The position numbers and the translations under genes are program-made. Below, piece after piece: positions 1-9,356 of a stretch of 64,000 nucleotides of DNA. Below the pieces are notes generated by a model. That model made no database searches. It was given only the letters and a program-made list of their open reading frames with translations, and was not told the origin of the DNA. The DNA comes from Terriglobia bacterium (GTDB lineage: Bacteria; Acidobacteriota; Polarisedimenticolia; Polarisedimenticolales; JAIQFR01): NCBI GenBank assembly GCA_963748015.1, contig CAVVHE010000008.1:32001-96000 (forward strand), given 5' to 3'. Positions within the stretch are counted from its first letter, which is position 1; every line of letters starts with the position of its first letter.

Positions 1-1504
1 TCGAGAAGGACGCGTCCTGGATCACGTACTCCCCCTGGGGCATCGTGCCCGGGGGATCGGTGGACAGGCGGCCCTTGTAGTAGATCGACGGGTAGTAGGG
101 AGCCACGCCCCCGGTCCGCGTGTACCCCATCGCGATGTTTCCCGAGCCGTCCATGGACACCGACGCCACCGCGCGGTGCACGCCGGGCTCGCCCCCCACG
201 ACGCCTTCCTGGAAGAGGGCCCACGAGCCGCCGGCCGGCTTGCGAAGCTCGAACCAGCGCTGCGCCGCGTGGTCCGTCCCGTCCACGTCCTCGACGAAGG
301 TGCCGACGAGCGTCTGGTGGTCGCCGAAATTCCGGTACACGAAGGGATGGTGGAGCGGCTCGCGAATGGGATCGATCTTCTGGGCCGTGCCGGGCTGGGG
401 CATGCAGTTCCAGGTGCCTCCCAACCCGCACAGGGTCATGTCGTAGTCGCCGATGTGAATCGACGGGAGCGCGGTCAGCGTGGAGTTGGCCGGAGTGCTC
501 CAATCCACCTTGAGCTCCCACAGCTCCAGGAGGTCGTACGACGGCGTGCTGGCGCCGTCCTGGGCCTCGTCGTCGCGCGGCCGCGCGAAGATGGCCGGCT
601 CCTCGCCGGGGGGAGGGGTCTTTCCCTGCAGGGTGCCCGGGAGGACCAGCTCGAAGCCGGAGTTCGGGAGACTCGGGACCGTGAACTTCTGGAACGAGGC
701 GGGCTGCCCCGCGAGCATCTTGGCCCGGTCGAATGCGAAGAGGTCGCGCCCCGTCGAGCCGGCGTTCGCGCCCATGAGGTACGAGCCGCCGTTCTCCCCC
801 AGGGGCCAGACCCCGTACTTCGGGTAGTCGGTGAGGCTCGTCTCGACGAGGAACGCGTACGCGTAGTAGGTGCCGGTGGGGTCGCCCGACGTGGAGACGT
901 AGACGCAGACGCTGCCCCCGCCGCTCGGCAGCTCGGTGATGAGCCAGCGGTCGGCCACCCGGTCGTAGTTGACGACCGGGTCGCAGAAGCCGCTGTTGCA
1001 CGGCGAGGTCGTCGCCAGCGACTGCAGCGTGAAGGTCCTCTTGATCGCGCCGGTGCTCTTGTCCAGGACCTGGACGGTCGAGACGGACTGGTTGACCGCC
1101 TGCACGAAGTCGGTGAGGCCGACGTCGCCGTTGGTGTCGGGAGGCGACACGGTGGAGGTCTGCCCCGCGTAATTGTGAACCGGGGTGGCGAAGGCATCGG
1201 AAACGACCGGGCCACCGAGCTGCTGGAGCTCGACGAGCGGGTCGACGCGCGGCACGATCGGGTACTCGATCGGGATGAAGCCGAAGTCGTCGCGCCGCTT
1301 CATCTCGAGGCCGAACAGGTTCGGATCGGGCTTCCAGTCGGGCAAGTCCTTGACGGCGGGGGTGATGGTCGGCACCACCGGCTCGCTCACCTGGACGGGG
1401 CCCTTCGGCGGCTCCACCGGCTTCTTGTTCTCCGCGGCCGCGATCCTCGGGGCAAGGGCCAGCAGCACGGCCAACAGGATCGAAACGCGCCTCACGCTCG
1501 TCAT
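1..1504 (-). CDS. Large secreted protein, N-terminal part (runs off the left edge); uncharacterised extracellular domain
   Basis: Not in the ORF track because it has no stop in the window. Manual translation from ATG 1504 (GAGGGGG RBS upstream): signal peptide MTSVRRVSILLAVLLALAPRIAAA, then PPDTNGDVG, CDPVVNYDRVADRW, DYPKYGVWP. Confidence 0.85.
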   Translation of the reverse strand, partial: MTSVRRVSILLAVLLALAPRIAAAENKKPVEPPKGPVQVSEPVVPTITPAVKDLPDWKPDPNLFGLEMKRRDDFGFIPIEYPIVPRVDPLVELQQLGGPVVSDAFATPVHNYAGQTSTVSPPDTNGDVGLTDFVQAVNQSVSTVQVLDKSTGAIKRTFTLQSLATTSPCNSGFCDPVVNYDRVADRWLITELPSGGGSVCVYVSTSGDPTGTYYAYAFLVETSLTDYPKYGVWPLGENGGSYLMGANAGSTGRDLFAFDRAKMLAGQPASFQKFTVPSLPNSGFELVLPGTLQGKTPPPGEEPAIFARPRDDEAQDGASTPSYDLLELWELKVDWSTPANSTLTALPSIHIGDYDMTLCGLGGTWNCMPQPGTAQKIDPIREPLHHPFVYRNFGDHQTLVGTFVEDVDGTDHAAQRWFELRKPAGGSWALFQEGVVGGEPGVHRAVASVSMDGSGNIAMGYTRTGGVAPYYPSIYYKGRLSTDPPGTMPQGEYVIQDASFS

Positions 1505-1523
1505 CGAGTACCCCCTCGCCATC

Positions 1524-3962
1524 CTAGTCGTCGTCTTCCTGTTCACCGGTCTCGGCCTCGCGCGATCCGATCTTCCGCCAGGGGTCCGACAGCGCGGCCG
1601 ACGCCGCCCGGACGTACTTGTTCTCCGAGGCCGCCGCCCGCTGGAGGATAGCCCTGTCCGCGGAATTCAGGAGGGCTTCCGAGATCTCCACGTAGTCGAG
1701 GTCGACGGGATTCACCTTGGTCAGGTAACCGCCCTGCACGGGGGCCCCGGGGTTGAACGGCTCGGCCCTCCTGGCCTTGTGGCCGCGGTAGGTCTTCTGG
1801 AAGAGGACTTCGTTTCCCTTCCGGACGGTGACGCTGAGGCTCTCCACCAAGACCCTGCCCTTCGCGGGGGGCTCCGCCCCCTCGTCCCGCTCCCTTATGT
1901 ACCGCTTTTCGTCCGTGGAGACCCGGAAATCCAGGTCCAGATGGCCGTAATTCGCCACGAAGGCGGGATCGAGGAGAAGGTGGCGCAGCTCCATGTCCCG
2001 GGGGTCGGCGATCTTGGCCTGAAGCTCGATCGTCCGCTCGACCGCCGCGGCGCGAAGATCGGGATCGGTCGACGCGTCGAGGACCTGCCGCAGGGTCCCC
2101 GAATCGGAGAGCCGCCGGACGGCCAGCAGGCGAAGCTCCTTCTGCGGCGCCCCCAGCGCGAGCTCGGCGAGGAGCCCCTGGTCGGTCAGGAGATCCACCG
2201 CCTGCTGCCGCGCCTCGCGCGATCGCGCCGAACGGCCGACGGCCGCGATCGCCTTCTCGTCGAGCCGAAGGAACGCCGCATTCCGGACGTCCGGGTCGGG
2301 GTCCGACGAGGCGATCCCGCCGAGAATCGCGGGGTCGGAAATTCTCTCCGTCGCGGCCTTGCGAAGAACCCAGTCGGGATGCGTGCGCGCGATCCCGGAC
2401 AGCGCCGACGGGACGGAGAGGCGCTTCAGGGCCGTGGAGCGCACCGCGGGGCTCGCGTCCTCCCGGCAGATCCGCTCGAGCGTGACGGGATCCGTCAGCC
2501 GCGCTACCGCGTGGAAGCGCACCTGCGCGTCGGGGTCTTTCGTCGCCAGCGAGAGGAATAGCTCGGGATCGCCGGCCACGCCGGCCAGCGCGGCGACCCG
2601 CACCGGCCCGGCCCTGTCCCCGAGCACGATGCGCCGGCGCACCGCGGCATCGGCGAGGCGGGCCGCGGCTTCCTTCCGCACCGCGGCGTCGCGGTCGGTC
2701 GTGGCGACGCGCGCGAGAAGGGTCTGGTCCGTCAGCCTCGAGGCGGCGCGCGCGCGAACCCGCGCGTCCGCCTCCGACGCGACGACCCTACCCAGCACGA
2801 GTTGGTCCTCCAGCACGTCCACGGCGGCCCAGCGGATGTCCGGCGAGGGGTCCCTGAGCGCGAAATCTGCGAGGAGAGCCGGGTCCGAGAGGCGGCCGAC
2901 GGCCGCCGCGCGAACGTTCTCGGGACCGGCGCCCTTCGCCACGCCCGACAGGAGGGCCTGGTCCCTCACTCTCTCGACGGCCGCCAGCCGGACGGCCACG
3001 TCGGTGTCGGCGCGCGCCAGCTCCCCCAGGACGGCGGGATCGTCGAGGTGGCTCGCGGCGGCCAGCCTCAGGGACGGGTCCCTGTCGAGCCGGGCGATCC
3101 GGGCCAGAAGGTCCTGGTCCTTCATCCTGGAAAAGGCCAGTTCCCGGGTTCTCGGGTCGTTGGTCTTCCGGGCGAGGGCGAGCAGGCGCTCGGAGTCCGT
3201 GATCAGGGGCACCGCCACGTCCCTCATGTCCCCGATCCGGTCCCGCAGGGAGATCTCCATCAGGCGGTCCGGGTCGGAGATCTTCTTCAAGGCCCGGAAG
3301 CGGACCATGCGGCTCGGGTCCCTGAGCGTGATCCGGGTGAGCAGGTCCGGGTCGTCGAGACGGCCCACGGCCTCCTCGCGGACGTACGGGTCGGGATCGT
3401 CGATCGCGGCCTCGACCAGCAATGCCCGGTCGGGGGTGCGGGAGACCGCCGCCTTCCGGACAATCCAGCTCTCGCTCCGGAAGAACTCCTCGAGAGTCGC
3501 CGGATCGGTCAGGCGCCTGATGGCCTCGGCCCGGACTTCCTCGCGGGGAGCGTTCCGGGCGACCCGGTCGAGGAATTCCTGCTGCTCGATCCGCCCGACC
3601 GCCGCCATCTGGACCTGCTTGCTGGGGTCCTCGATGGCGATTCGGCTGAGCAGCGCGCCGTCGCGCACCTCCGACACCGCGCGCAGGCGGACGACGGGGT
3701 CGGGATCGGACAGGGCCGCAGCGGACGGCGGCGCGGGCGGCGCGTCCTGGGCGGGGACCCGGGCCGCGCCCAGGAGGGCGAGCGCGGCCAGGAGCCATCC
3801 GGCGAAGACGATCCCGGAAGCACGCTCCTCGCGGGAATCGCCCGACGGGCCTTTGGCTGGTTCCCCCCTCACCGTGAACTCCGTGGCGCGAACAGGCCTA
3901 GCACCCCCGGCGAGCCGCGTTCTCGCGGACGCGGCTCGCCGGGTCGCCGGAGCGACCAACAT
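1524..3962 (-). CDS. HEAT-like alpha-solenoid repeat protein, probably exported
   Basis: About 21-22 tandem ~26-aa repeats (D..VR.AAV..L.D...L..IA..D); hydrophobic signal-like segment WLLAALALLGAARVPA-QD. Exact start uncertain. Confidence 0.8.
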   Translation of the reverse strand: MLVAPATRRAASARTRLAGGARPVRATEFTVRGEPAKGPSGDSREERASGIVFAGWLLAALALLGAARVPAQDAPPAPPSAAALSDPDPVVRLRAVSEVRDGALLSRIAIEDPSKQVQMAAVGRIEQQEFLDRVARNAPREEVRAEAIRRLTDPATLEEFFRSESWIVRKAAVSRTPDRALLVEAAIDDPDPYVREEAVGRLDDPDLLTRITLRDPSRMVRFRALKKISDPDRLMEISLRDRIGDMRDVAVPLITDSERLLALARKTNDPRTRELAFSRMKDQDLLARIARLDRDPSLRLAAASHLDDPAVLGELARADTDVAVRLAAVERVRDQALLSGVAKGAGPENVRAAAVGRLSDPALLADFALRDPSPDIRWAAVDVLEDQLVLGRVVASEADARVRARAASRLTDQTLLARVATTDRDAAVRKEAAARLADAAVRRRIVLGDRAGPVRVAALAGVAGDPELFLSLATKDPDAQVRFHAVARLTDPVTLERICREDASPAVRSTALKRLSVPSALSGIARTHPDWVLRKAATERISDPAILGGIASSDPDPDVRNAAFLRLDEKAIAAVGRSARSREARQQAVDLLTDQGLLAELALGAPQKELRLLAVRRLSDSGTLRQVLDASTDPDLRAAAVERTIELQAKIADPRDMELRHLLLDPAFVANYGHLDLDFRVSTDEKRYIRERDEGAEPPAKGRVLVESLSVTVRKGNEVLFQKTYRGHKARRAEPFNPGAPVQGGYLTKVNPVDLDYVEISEALLNSADRAILQRAAASENKYVRAASAALSDPWRKIGSREAETGEQEDDD

Positions 3963-3972
3963 ACCTCCAAAA

Positions 3973-5601
3973 TCAATCCTCGTGGACGACGACGAGTGGC
4001 ACGGGGGGACGGGCGCTCACGCGCACGACCGGGTAGACCCCCGGCTCCGCGCTCCACTGCCGGACCAACGCGCGGCTGAAGAGCCCCCAGGCCGCCAGGC
4101 CGTCGGTCGAGGAGGGCTCGAGCAGGACCGGGATCAGCCGGGCGAGCGGCTGGCGCATGTCGACGAACACCGACCCCGGCGGCAGCTCGAGATCGGCCTT
4201 CTCGTAGCGGCCCGACAGGGTCACGGGGACGTGTCCCTGGTACAGGTCCTTGGCCGTCTCGACCTTCTCGAGGGCGAAGCGCTCCGCGGGAACCTTGCAC
4301 GATTGCTCGATCCGCTCGACGGCGATGCCGTGAGCGAGCAGGGTCCGCACCGCCTCGTCGAACCCCGGCAACAGCACGTATCCGGCCGGGAGCGGCACGG
4401 TGCGGGAGGGCACGGCGAGCGCCATGTACGGGGCGGTGTAGTCCCGGGGCACCTCCGTGGGTTTCATCCGGAACTCGCCCAGCTGCGGGTACTTGGCCCG
4501 CTCCTCGGGGGTCGTCGGCGTCTTCACGTGCTCGAAGCCCTTCACCGTCACGTCCATGAGCCGGTCGAGCTTCCACTCGGCGGCGAAGGACTGCTCCCGG
4601 TAGCGGTCCCGGGTCTCGGCGTCCACGCGGCGGACGAGGGCGGCGAGCTCGCCGGCGTGCGCGCCGGTGTACTCGAGGACGGCCCGAACGAAGGCATAGG
4701 ACGAGAGCACCCGCGTCTTGAAGTCGGCATAGGAGTAGTTCTCGTCGAGGATCGACAGCCGGTTCCGCAAGGCCACGTAATTGGTGCCGTACCGCGCCTC
4801 GATGCTGTCGTTTTCCCATCCCTTCTCGGGGTGCTCGGCGTCCACGAAGCTGCCGTAGGGGACGCTGTCCCAGCCATGCGTCTCGCGCAGCGATCTCGCG
4901 ACCGCGGGGAAGAGGCTGCCCCACATGTAGTCGGCCAGCGCCGCAGCACCGTTGGGGTTCCCGCCGGTGGTGTAGGTGACGGGCTCGCGGTGGTACGAGC
5001 CGTTGGTGGTGTGCATGTCGACCAGCAGGACCGGGTCCCACTCCCGCAGCAGCCGGACCAGCCCCCGCACCTCCGGGGTCTCGAGCTTGGTGTAGTCGCG
5101 GTTGAGGTCGAGGTACTGCCCGTTGTGCCGGACGCCCGCCAGCTCGGGCCCCTTGTCGCGGCGGTTCTTCCCGAGCTTGTCGTTGCCGTCGGCGTTGAAG
5201 ATCGGCACGACGAGCACGACCTGGTGCTCGAGCAGCCCCGATAGCGGGCCGGCCGCCACGTCGCGGATGAGGATCTGGCACGCCTCCTTGCCCTCCACCT
5301 CGCCGGCGTGGATGTTGGCCATCACCAGCACCGCCGGCTTCCCGGTGGCCAGCAGCTCGGCGGGGGTTCGCACCCGCTCCTTCGAGAGGATCACGAGCGG
5401 CACGTCGCGCCCCTCGGCCGAGCGCGCGAGGGACGCGAGGGCGACGAGGTCCGAGGTGGCGGCGATCCGGCGGACGTGCTCGACGACCTCGGCGTACAGC
5501 GAGGTGCGGGCGAAGTCCGTCGCCTCGACGACCGTCGCCGGCTCGCCCGCCCAGGTTCCCACCGCCACCGCTAGTGCCAGCCCGAAAAGTGCGACGCGCA
5601 T
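3973..5601 (-). CDS. M14 family zinc carboxypeptidase, secreted
   Basis: HAGE (HxxE), NRDY and DMH motifs; signal peptide MRVALFGLALAVAVGTWA; GGAGGGAG RBS before ATG 5601. Confidence 0.9.
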   Translation of the reverse strand: MRVALFGLALAVAVGTWAGEPATVVEATDFARTSLYAEVVEHVRRIAATSDLVALASLARSAEGRDVPLVILSKERVRTPAELLATGKPAVLVMANIHAGEVEGKEACQILIRDVAAGPLSGLLEHQVVLVVPIFNADGNDKLGKNRRDKGPELAGVRHNGQYLDLNRDYTKLETPEVRGLVRLLREWDPVLLVDMHTTNGSYHREPVTYTTGGNPNGAAALADYMWGSLFPAVARSLRETHGWDSVPYGSFVDAEHPEKGWENDSIEARYGTNYVALRNRLSILDENYSYADFKTRVLSSYAFVRAVLEYTGAHAGELAALVRRVDAETRDRYREQSFAAEWKLDRLMDVTVKGFEHVKTPTTPEERAKYPQLGEFRMKPTEVPRDYTAPYMALAVPSRTVPLPAGYVLLPGFDEAVRTLLAHGIAVERIEQSCKVPAERFALEKVETAKDLYQGHVPVTLSGRYEKADLELPPGSVFVDMRQPLARLIPVLLEPSSTDGLAAWGLFSRALVRQWSAEPGVYPVVRVSARPPVPLVVVHED

Positions 5602-5632
5602 TCTCCCTCCAGGACCGGGCGACCCGGCCCGG

Positions 5633-7048
5633 CTACTTCGACGTCTTCGGCGGGGCCGGCGCCGGCTCGAGCCTGGGCAACGGCTCGGCCGCATCGGCGA
5701 GGCCGTAGGCCACGACGGCGAGCGCGGCGGCGCACGACTCGAGCTCTTGCGGGTCCACCTTGTCCAGGGTGTCCGCCGCGGTGTGGTGGTAGTCGAAGTA
5801 GTGCAAGGTGTCGTTGCGCAGGCCGAGCATGGGGACGCGGGCGTCGCGCATCGGCGAGATGTCGGCCCCTCCGCCTCCCTTCGAGATCTCGGTGACCCCG
5901 AGCGCCGCGAGGGGTGCCGCGATCCTCGCCACCGCCTCGAGGCCGCCCGGACCGGCGCTCACCCCGAACCCGGTGGGGCGCGAGCCGCCGCTGTCGGCCT
6001 CGATGGCGGCGACGTGGCGGCCGAGCTCGTCGCGGTGCGCCTCGGCGTACGCGCGCCCGCCGCGCAGCCCGTTCTCCTCGTTGGCGAAGAGCACGGCGCG
6101 AATCGTGCGGCGGGGCCGGAGTCCCAGGGAATGGAGAAGGCGGATCGTCTCCATGGCCATCGCGCACCCCGCGCCGTCGTCGATCGCGCCGGTCCCGAGG
6201 TCCCACGAATCCAGGTGGCCCCCGATCACGACGACCTCGTCCGGGCGCTCGCGTCCCCGGATCTCCGCGAGAACGTTGGCCGATTCGACGTCGGGCAGCG
6301 TGCGCGGGCCCAGCGTGTACCGGACCCGGACGGTCTCGCCCGCGGCCAGGAAGCGGTGCACGAGGTCGGCGTCTTCCTCGCTGATCGCCGCGTAGGGGAT
6401 CCGCCTGACGCCCTCCTCGTACTCGGTCATGCCGGTGTGGGGGAGCCGGAACGCGGCCGTGCCGAGGGACCGGATGAGCGCGCCGGCCGCGCCGAGCTTG
6501 GCCGCCTCGATGGCCCCGCGGTGCCGGAGGTTCGAGCCGGCGCCGTACCCGTGCGCCTCCCCGCCGTTGGGCAGGATGCGGAGGTTGTAGAGCACGATCT
6601 TCCCCGGAACCCGTCCCGCCGCCGCCTTCAGCTCGTCGAAGCTCGACACCTCGACGACCTCCGCGGCGATACCCCCCTCCGGCGTCGGATCGCTCATGCC
6701 GAGCGCCGTGATGGCCATGGGCGCGGAGACCGGCGAGAGGATCGCCCCCGTCTCGATCCCGCGAACCCAGTGCGGGACCATGACCTTCTCGGTCCACGCG
6801 CGGTCGGCGCCGTCCCGCGCAAGCTGTTCGACCGCCCACTTGACGGCGGCCTCGTAGCCGGGCGAGCCGCTCAGGCGCGGTCCGATCCGGTCGGTGAGCC
6901 AGGCCAGCCTCGCGTGCGCCTGCCCCCCGGCCGCGGCAGCGGCCAGGATCCGCGTCGCGGCATCGCCGTCCTCGGCGCGCGGGAGCGCGCCGTGGAGAGA
7001 GAGGAGGACGAAGACGAGGAGCGCCGCCGCGATCCGATGTTTGGACAT
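5633..7048 (-). CDS. M28 family metallopeptidase (carboxypeptidase Q-like, with PA domain)
   Basis: GHLDSWD, GAIDDGAG, NEENG and YHHT zinc-ligand motifs; signal peptide from MSKHRIAA. Confidence 0.9.
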   Translation of the reverse strand: MSKHRIAAALLVFVLLSLHGALPRAEDGDAATRILAAAAAGGQAHARLAWLTDRIGPRLSGSPGYEAAVKWAVEQLARDGADRAWTEKVMVPHWVRGIETGAILSPVSAPMAITALGMSDPTPEGGIAAEVVEVSSFDELKAAAGRVPGKIVLYNLRILPNGGEAHGYGAGSNLRHRGAIEAAKLGAAGALIRSLGTAAFRLPHTGMTEYEEGVRRIPYAAISEEDADLVHRFLAAGETVRVRYTLGPRTLPDVESANVLAEIRGRERPDEVVVIGGHLDSWDLGTGAIDDGAGCAMAMETIRLLHSLGLRPRRTIRAVLFANEENGLRGGRAYAEAHRDELGRHVAAIEADSGGSRPTGFGVSAGPGGLEAVARIAAPLAALGVTEISKGGGGADISPMRDARVPMLGLRNDTLHYFDYHHTAADTLDKVDPQELESCAAALAVVAYGLADAAEPLPRLEPAPAPPKTSK

Positions 7049-7103
7049 GGCACGATTATGGGGAATGCCGCGCCTTTCCACCAATCCCCACCAAGGGAAC
7101 GGG

Positions 7104-7892
7104 CTAGCCGCGGGCGACCCGCCTGACGATCTTGTCGCGGAGCACCGCGTTCAGCGACGGGCGGGCGAGCAACTTCTTGAGGGCCGGCCCTTGCAGGCCC
7201 GCGATGATGCGCTCGGCGAGCGGATAGGGAGCGTGCGGGTGGGTGGCGATCAGGATCCGGATCTCCTCGTCCTTCGACCAGCGCGGATCCGCCGCGATCA
7301 GCTCCAGCGTGGACGCCGGCAGGTGGATGACCGCGAGGAGCGTTCGAACCTCGGCGAGCAGGATGTTGGGGTTCCTCGCCAGCGACTCGAGCACGGCGGA
7401 ATGGGTGTCCTGGCGCAGGTACTCCCGCTCGCGGGGGCCCGCACGCGCGGCGAGCCCGATCCGGTGGGCGAGGGGGACCGACTCGAGCGCCTTGCGAATC
7501 TCGTGCGGGGGAGAACCGGGGCGCAGCGCCTCGAGAGGAGCCGGCGCCATCCCTTCCATCACCCGCGCGAGCAGCATCTCCAGCTTTTCCTTCTGGTCGA
7601 GGTCGAGCGCGAGGAACTCGACCGCCAGCCGGAGCTCGCCGCCCTCGTCCCCCTCTTCGATTCTCGCGACGCGCCCGATGAACCGCTGCTCCAGGCCGCC
7701 GACCGGCGTACGGATCGCGAATTCGATCTCCTGGCCCGAAGGGGCAGGAAACGCACCCACCAGGAGCACGCCCGTCCGGCTGAGGTTGTGCGCCCGGCAG
7801 GCAAGCTCCTCGTCCCCGGCGAAGAGCGCGGCCGGCAGCCCGGCCTGGAACCGGAACCCCCTGGAGGTGGTGCTGCTCGAATCGGGGCGCAT
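7104..7892 (-). CDS. PilZ domain protein with C-terminal helical repeat region
   Basis: Arg-rich N-terminal motif (SRGFRF) and NLSRTG (D/NxSxxG) PilZ motif; Leu-rich helical C-terminus (LARNP, IATHP). Confidence 0.75.
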   Translation of the reverse strand: MRPDSSSTTSRGFRFQAGLPAALFAGDEELACRAHNLSRTGVLLVGAFPAPSGQEIEFAIRTPVGGLEQRFIGRVARIEEGDEGGELRLAVEFLALDLDQKEKLEMLLARVMEGMAPAPLEALRPGSPPHEIRKALESVPLAHRIGLAARAGPREREYLRQDTHSAVLESLARNPNILLAEVRTLLAVIHLPASTLELIAADPRWSKDEEIRILIATHPHAPYPLAERIIAGLQGPALKKLLARPSLNAVLRDKIVRRVARG

Positions 7893-8031
7893 CGTGGTAT
7901 CCTCGTGTCGCTTGGGAGCCCGAATACCAGCGGTTGGGAGCGAGAGAATCGTATTTCGACGGCGGTCTGCTGTCAACGATCGATGTCGCGGACATCGCTA
8001 GGGTAGATCCCAGCCATGGCGGATCATTAGG

Positions 8032-8077
8032 GCACCCTAGTCCACCCATTTGTTTGGGTGGTTTTGGGTGCTACAAT
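8032..8077 (+). promoter_or_regulatory. Nested palindromic operator plus extended -10 promoter of the fic-like gene
   Basis: GCACCC-N4-CCACCCA-N6-TGGGTGG-N4-GGGTGC (8032-8071), overlapping TG-C-TACAAT (8069-8077). Confidence 0.7.
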
Positions 8078-8085
8078 GAGGTCAC

Positions 8086-9186
8086 ATGGAACTCAAGATC
8101 CAGGTAACGCCGGAAGTCCTGAACGTCGTCTCCAGACTCGATCATTTTCGAGGGATATGGGCGGCGGGAACCCTGATACCGCCGGATCGGCTCACCCGGC
8201 TCAAGGAGGCCACGAGGATCCGTAGCGTGGCGGCCTCCTCGCGAATGTCGGGGGTCCGGGTCACCGACACCGAGGTCGCGGGCCTCCTTCGGGGGGATGC
8301 CCCGCCGGTTCGGGAGGGTAAGGAAGTCCTCGGCTACGCCGAGGCGCTCGACCGCCCGTTCCCGTCCGACGGCCCGCTCGTCACGCCCGAGGAGATCCGC
8401 AAGCTGCACGCCGTGCTGCTCGGCGTCCGGGAGAACCCCGAGTCTCCGAGCGCGTGGCGCACGGAGGTCCTCCACCTCGAGGCGTTCGACGCCGAGGGCC
8501 GGGCGATCGGGCGGGTCTTCCAGACGCTGCCGCCGCGACTCATCGCGGAGAAGATGGATGACCTCTCGACGTGGCTGGAGCTCGAGCTCCGGAGCGGCGA
8601 GCACCACGCGCTCCTCGTCATCTCGTCGTTCATGCTCGCCTTCCTGGCGATCAGCCCGTTCTCCCGCGGGAACGGAAGGATGGGCCGCCTGCTGGGGGTC
8701 CACCTGCTCCGGCGGGCCGGGTACGACTACGTCTCGTACGCGAGCCTCGAGAGCGTCATGGAGGAGATGCGCGACGCCTATCACGACGCGTTCGACGCCG
8801 CCGAGACGCGGATCTGGGCGGGAGAGGCCGACCTGTCCCCTTGGATCCGTTTCTTCCTGGAAGCGATGGACCGGCACCGGGAGCGCGTGGACTCGAAGGT
8901 CGATCTCGAGCGCCGCTCCCTCGACCTGACGCCGCTGCAGCGAGCCATCCTCGACGCGGTCCGGGAGCATGGCACCGTGGCGGCTTCCCTCCTCATGGCG
9001 GCGACCGGCGCGAACCGCAACACCCTGAAGGACAACCTGCGCCGCCTCGTCGAGCGCGGGCTGATCGAGCGCATGGGAGAGCGGCGCGGCTCCATCTACC
9101 GCCTTTCGAGCGGCGACCCGGCGGCGCGTCCGCGCGACCCCGTCGCCGCGCGCCCAGGCGTGCTCGAGACCGCTTCGGACTCCTGA
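8086..9186 (+). CDS. Fic (Fido) domain protein with C-terminal winged HTH; degenerate active site
   Basis: SPFSRGNGRMGR in place of HPFxDGNGRxxR; C-terminal HTH (NRNTLKDNLRRLVERGLI...G..RGSIY). Confidence 0.85.
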   Translation: MELKIQVTPEVLNVVSRLDHFRGIWAAGTLIPPDRLTRLKEATRIRSVAASSRMSGVRVTDTEVAGLLRGDAPPVREGKEVLGYAEALDRPFPSDGPLVTPEEIRKLHAVLLGVRENPESPSAWRTEVLHLEAFDAEGRAIGRVFQTLPPRLIAEKMDDLSTWLELELRSGEHHALLVISSFMLAFLAISPFSRGNGRMGRLLGVHLLRRAGYDYVSYASLESVMEEMRDAYHDAFDAAETRIWAGEADLSPWIRFFLEAMDRHRERVDSKVDLERRSLDLTPLQRAILDAVREHGTVAASLLMAATGANRNTLKDNLRRLVERGLIERMGERRGSIYRLSSGDPAARPRDPVAARPGVLETASDS

Positions 9187-9356
9187 CCCGGCTCCCGGAA
9201 CGCCCGTCGGTCGCGAAGGGCCCCCCGCTCGGGGGGCGCCCGCCGGCCCTCGCGGCGCGAGACGGGGGTTCGTCCCCGCGCGCTTGCGTTTCCGGGCTCG
9301 GCGGGGATACACTCCTCATTTAGTCCTGATTCGACAACGAACGAGGAGGTGGCTCC

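Noticed and set aside
8086..9186. Fic toxin-antitoxin or anti-phage module
   Set aside because: No adjacent antitoxin or defence genes, and the catalytic residues are absent.
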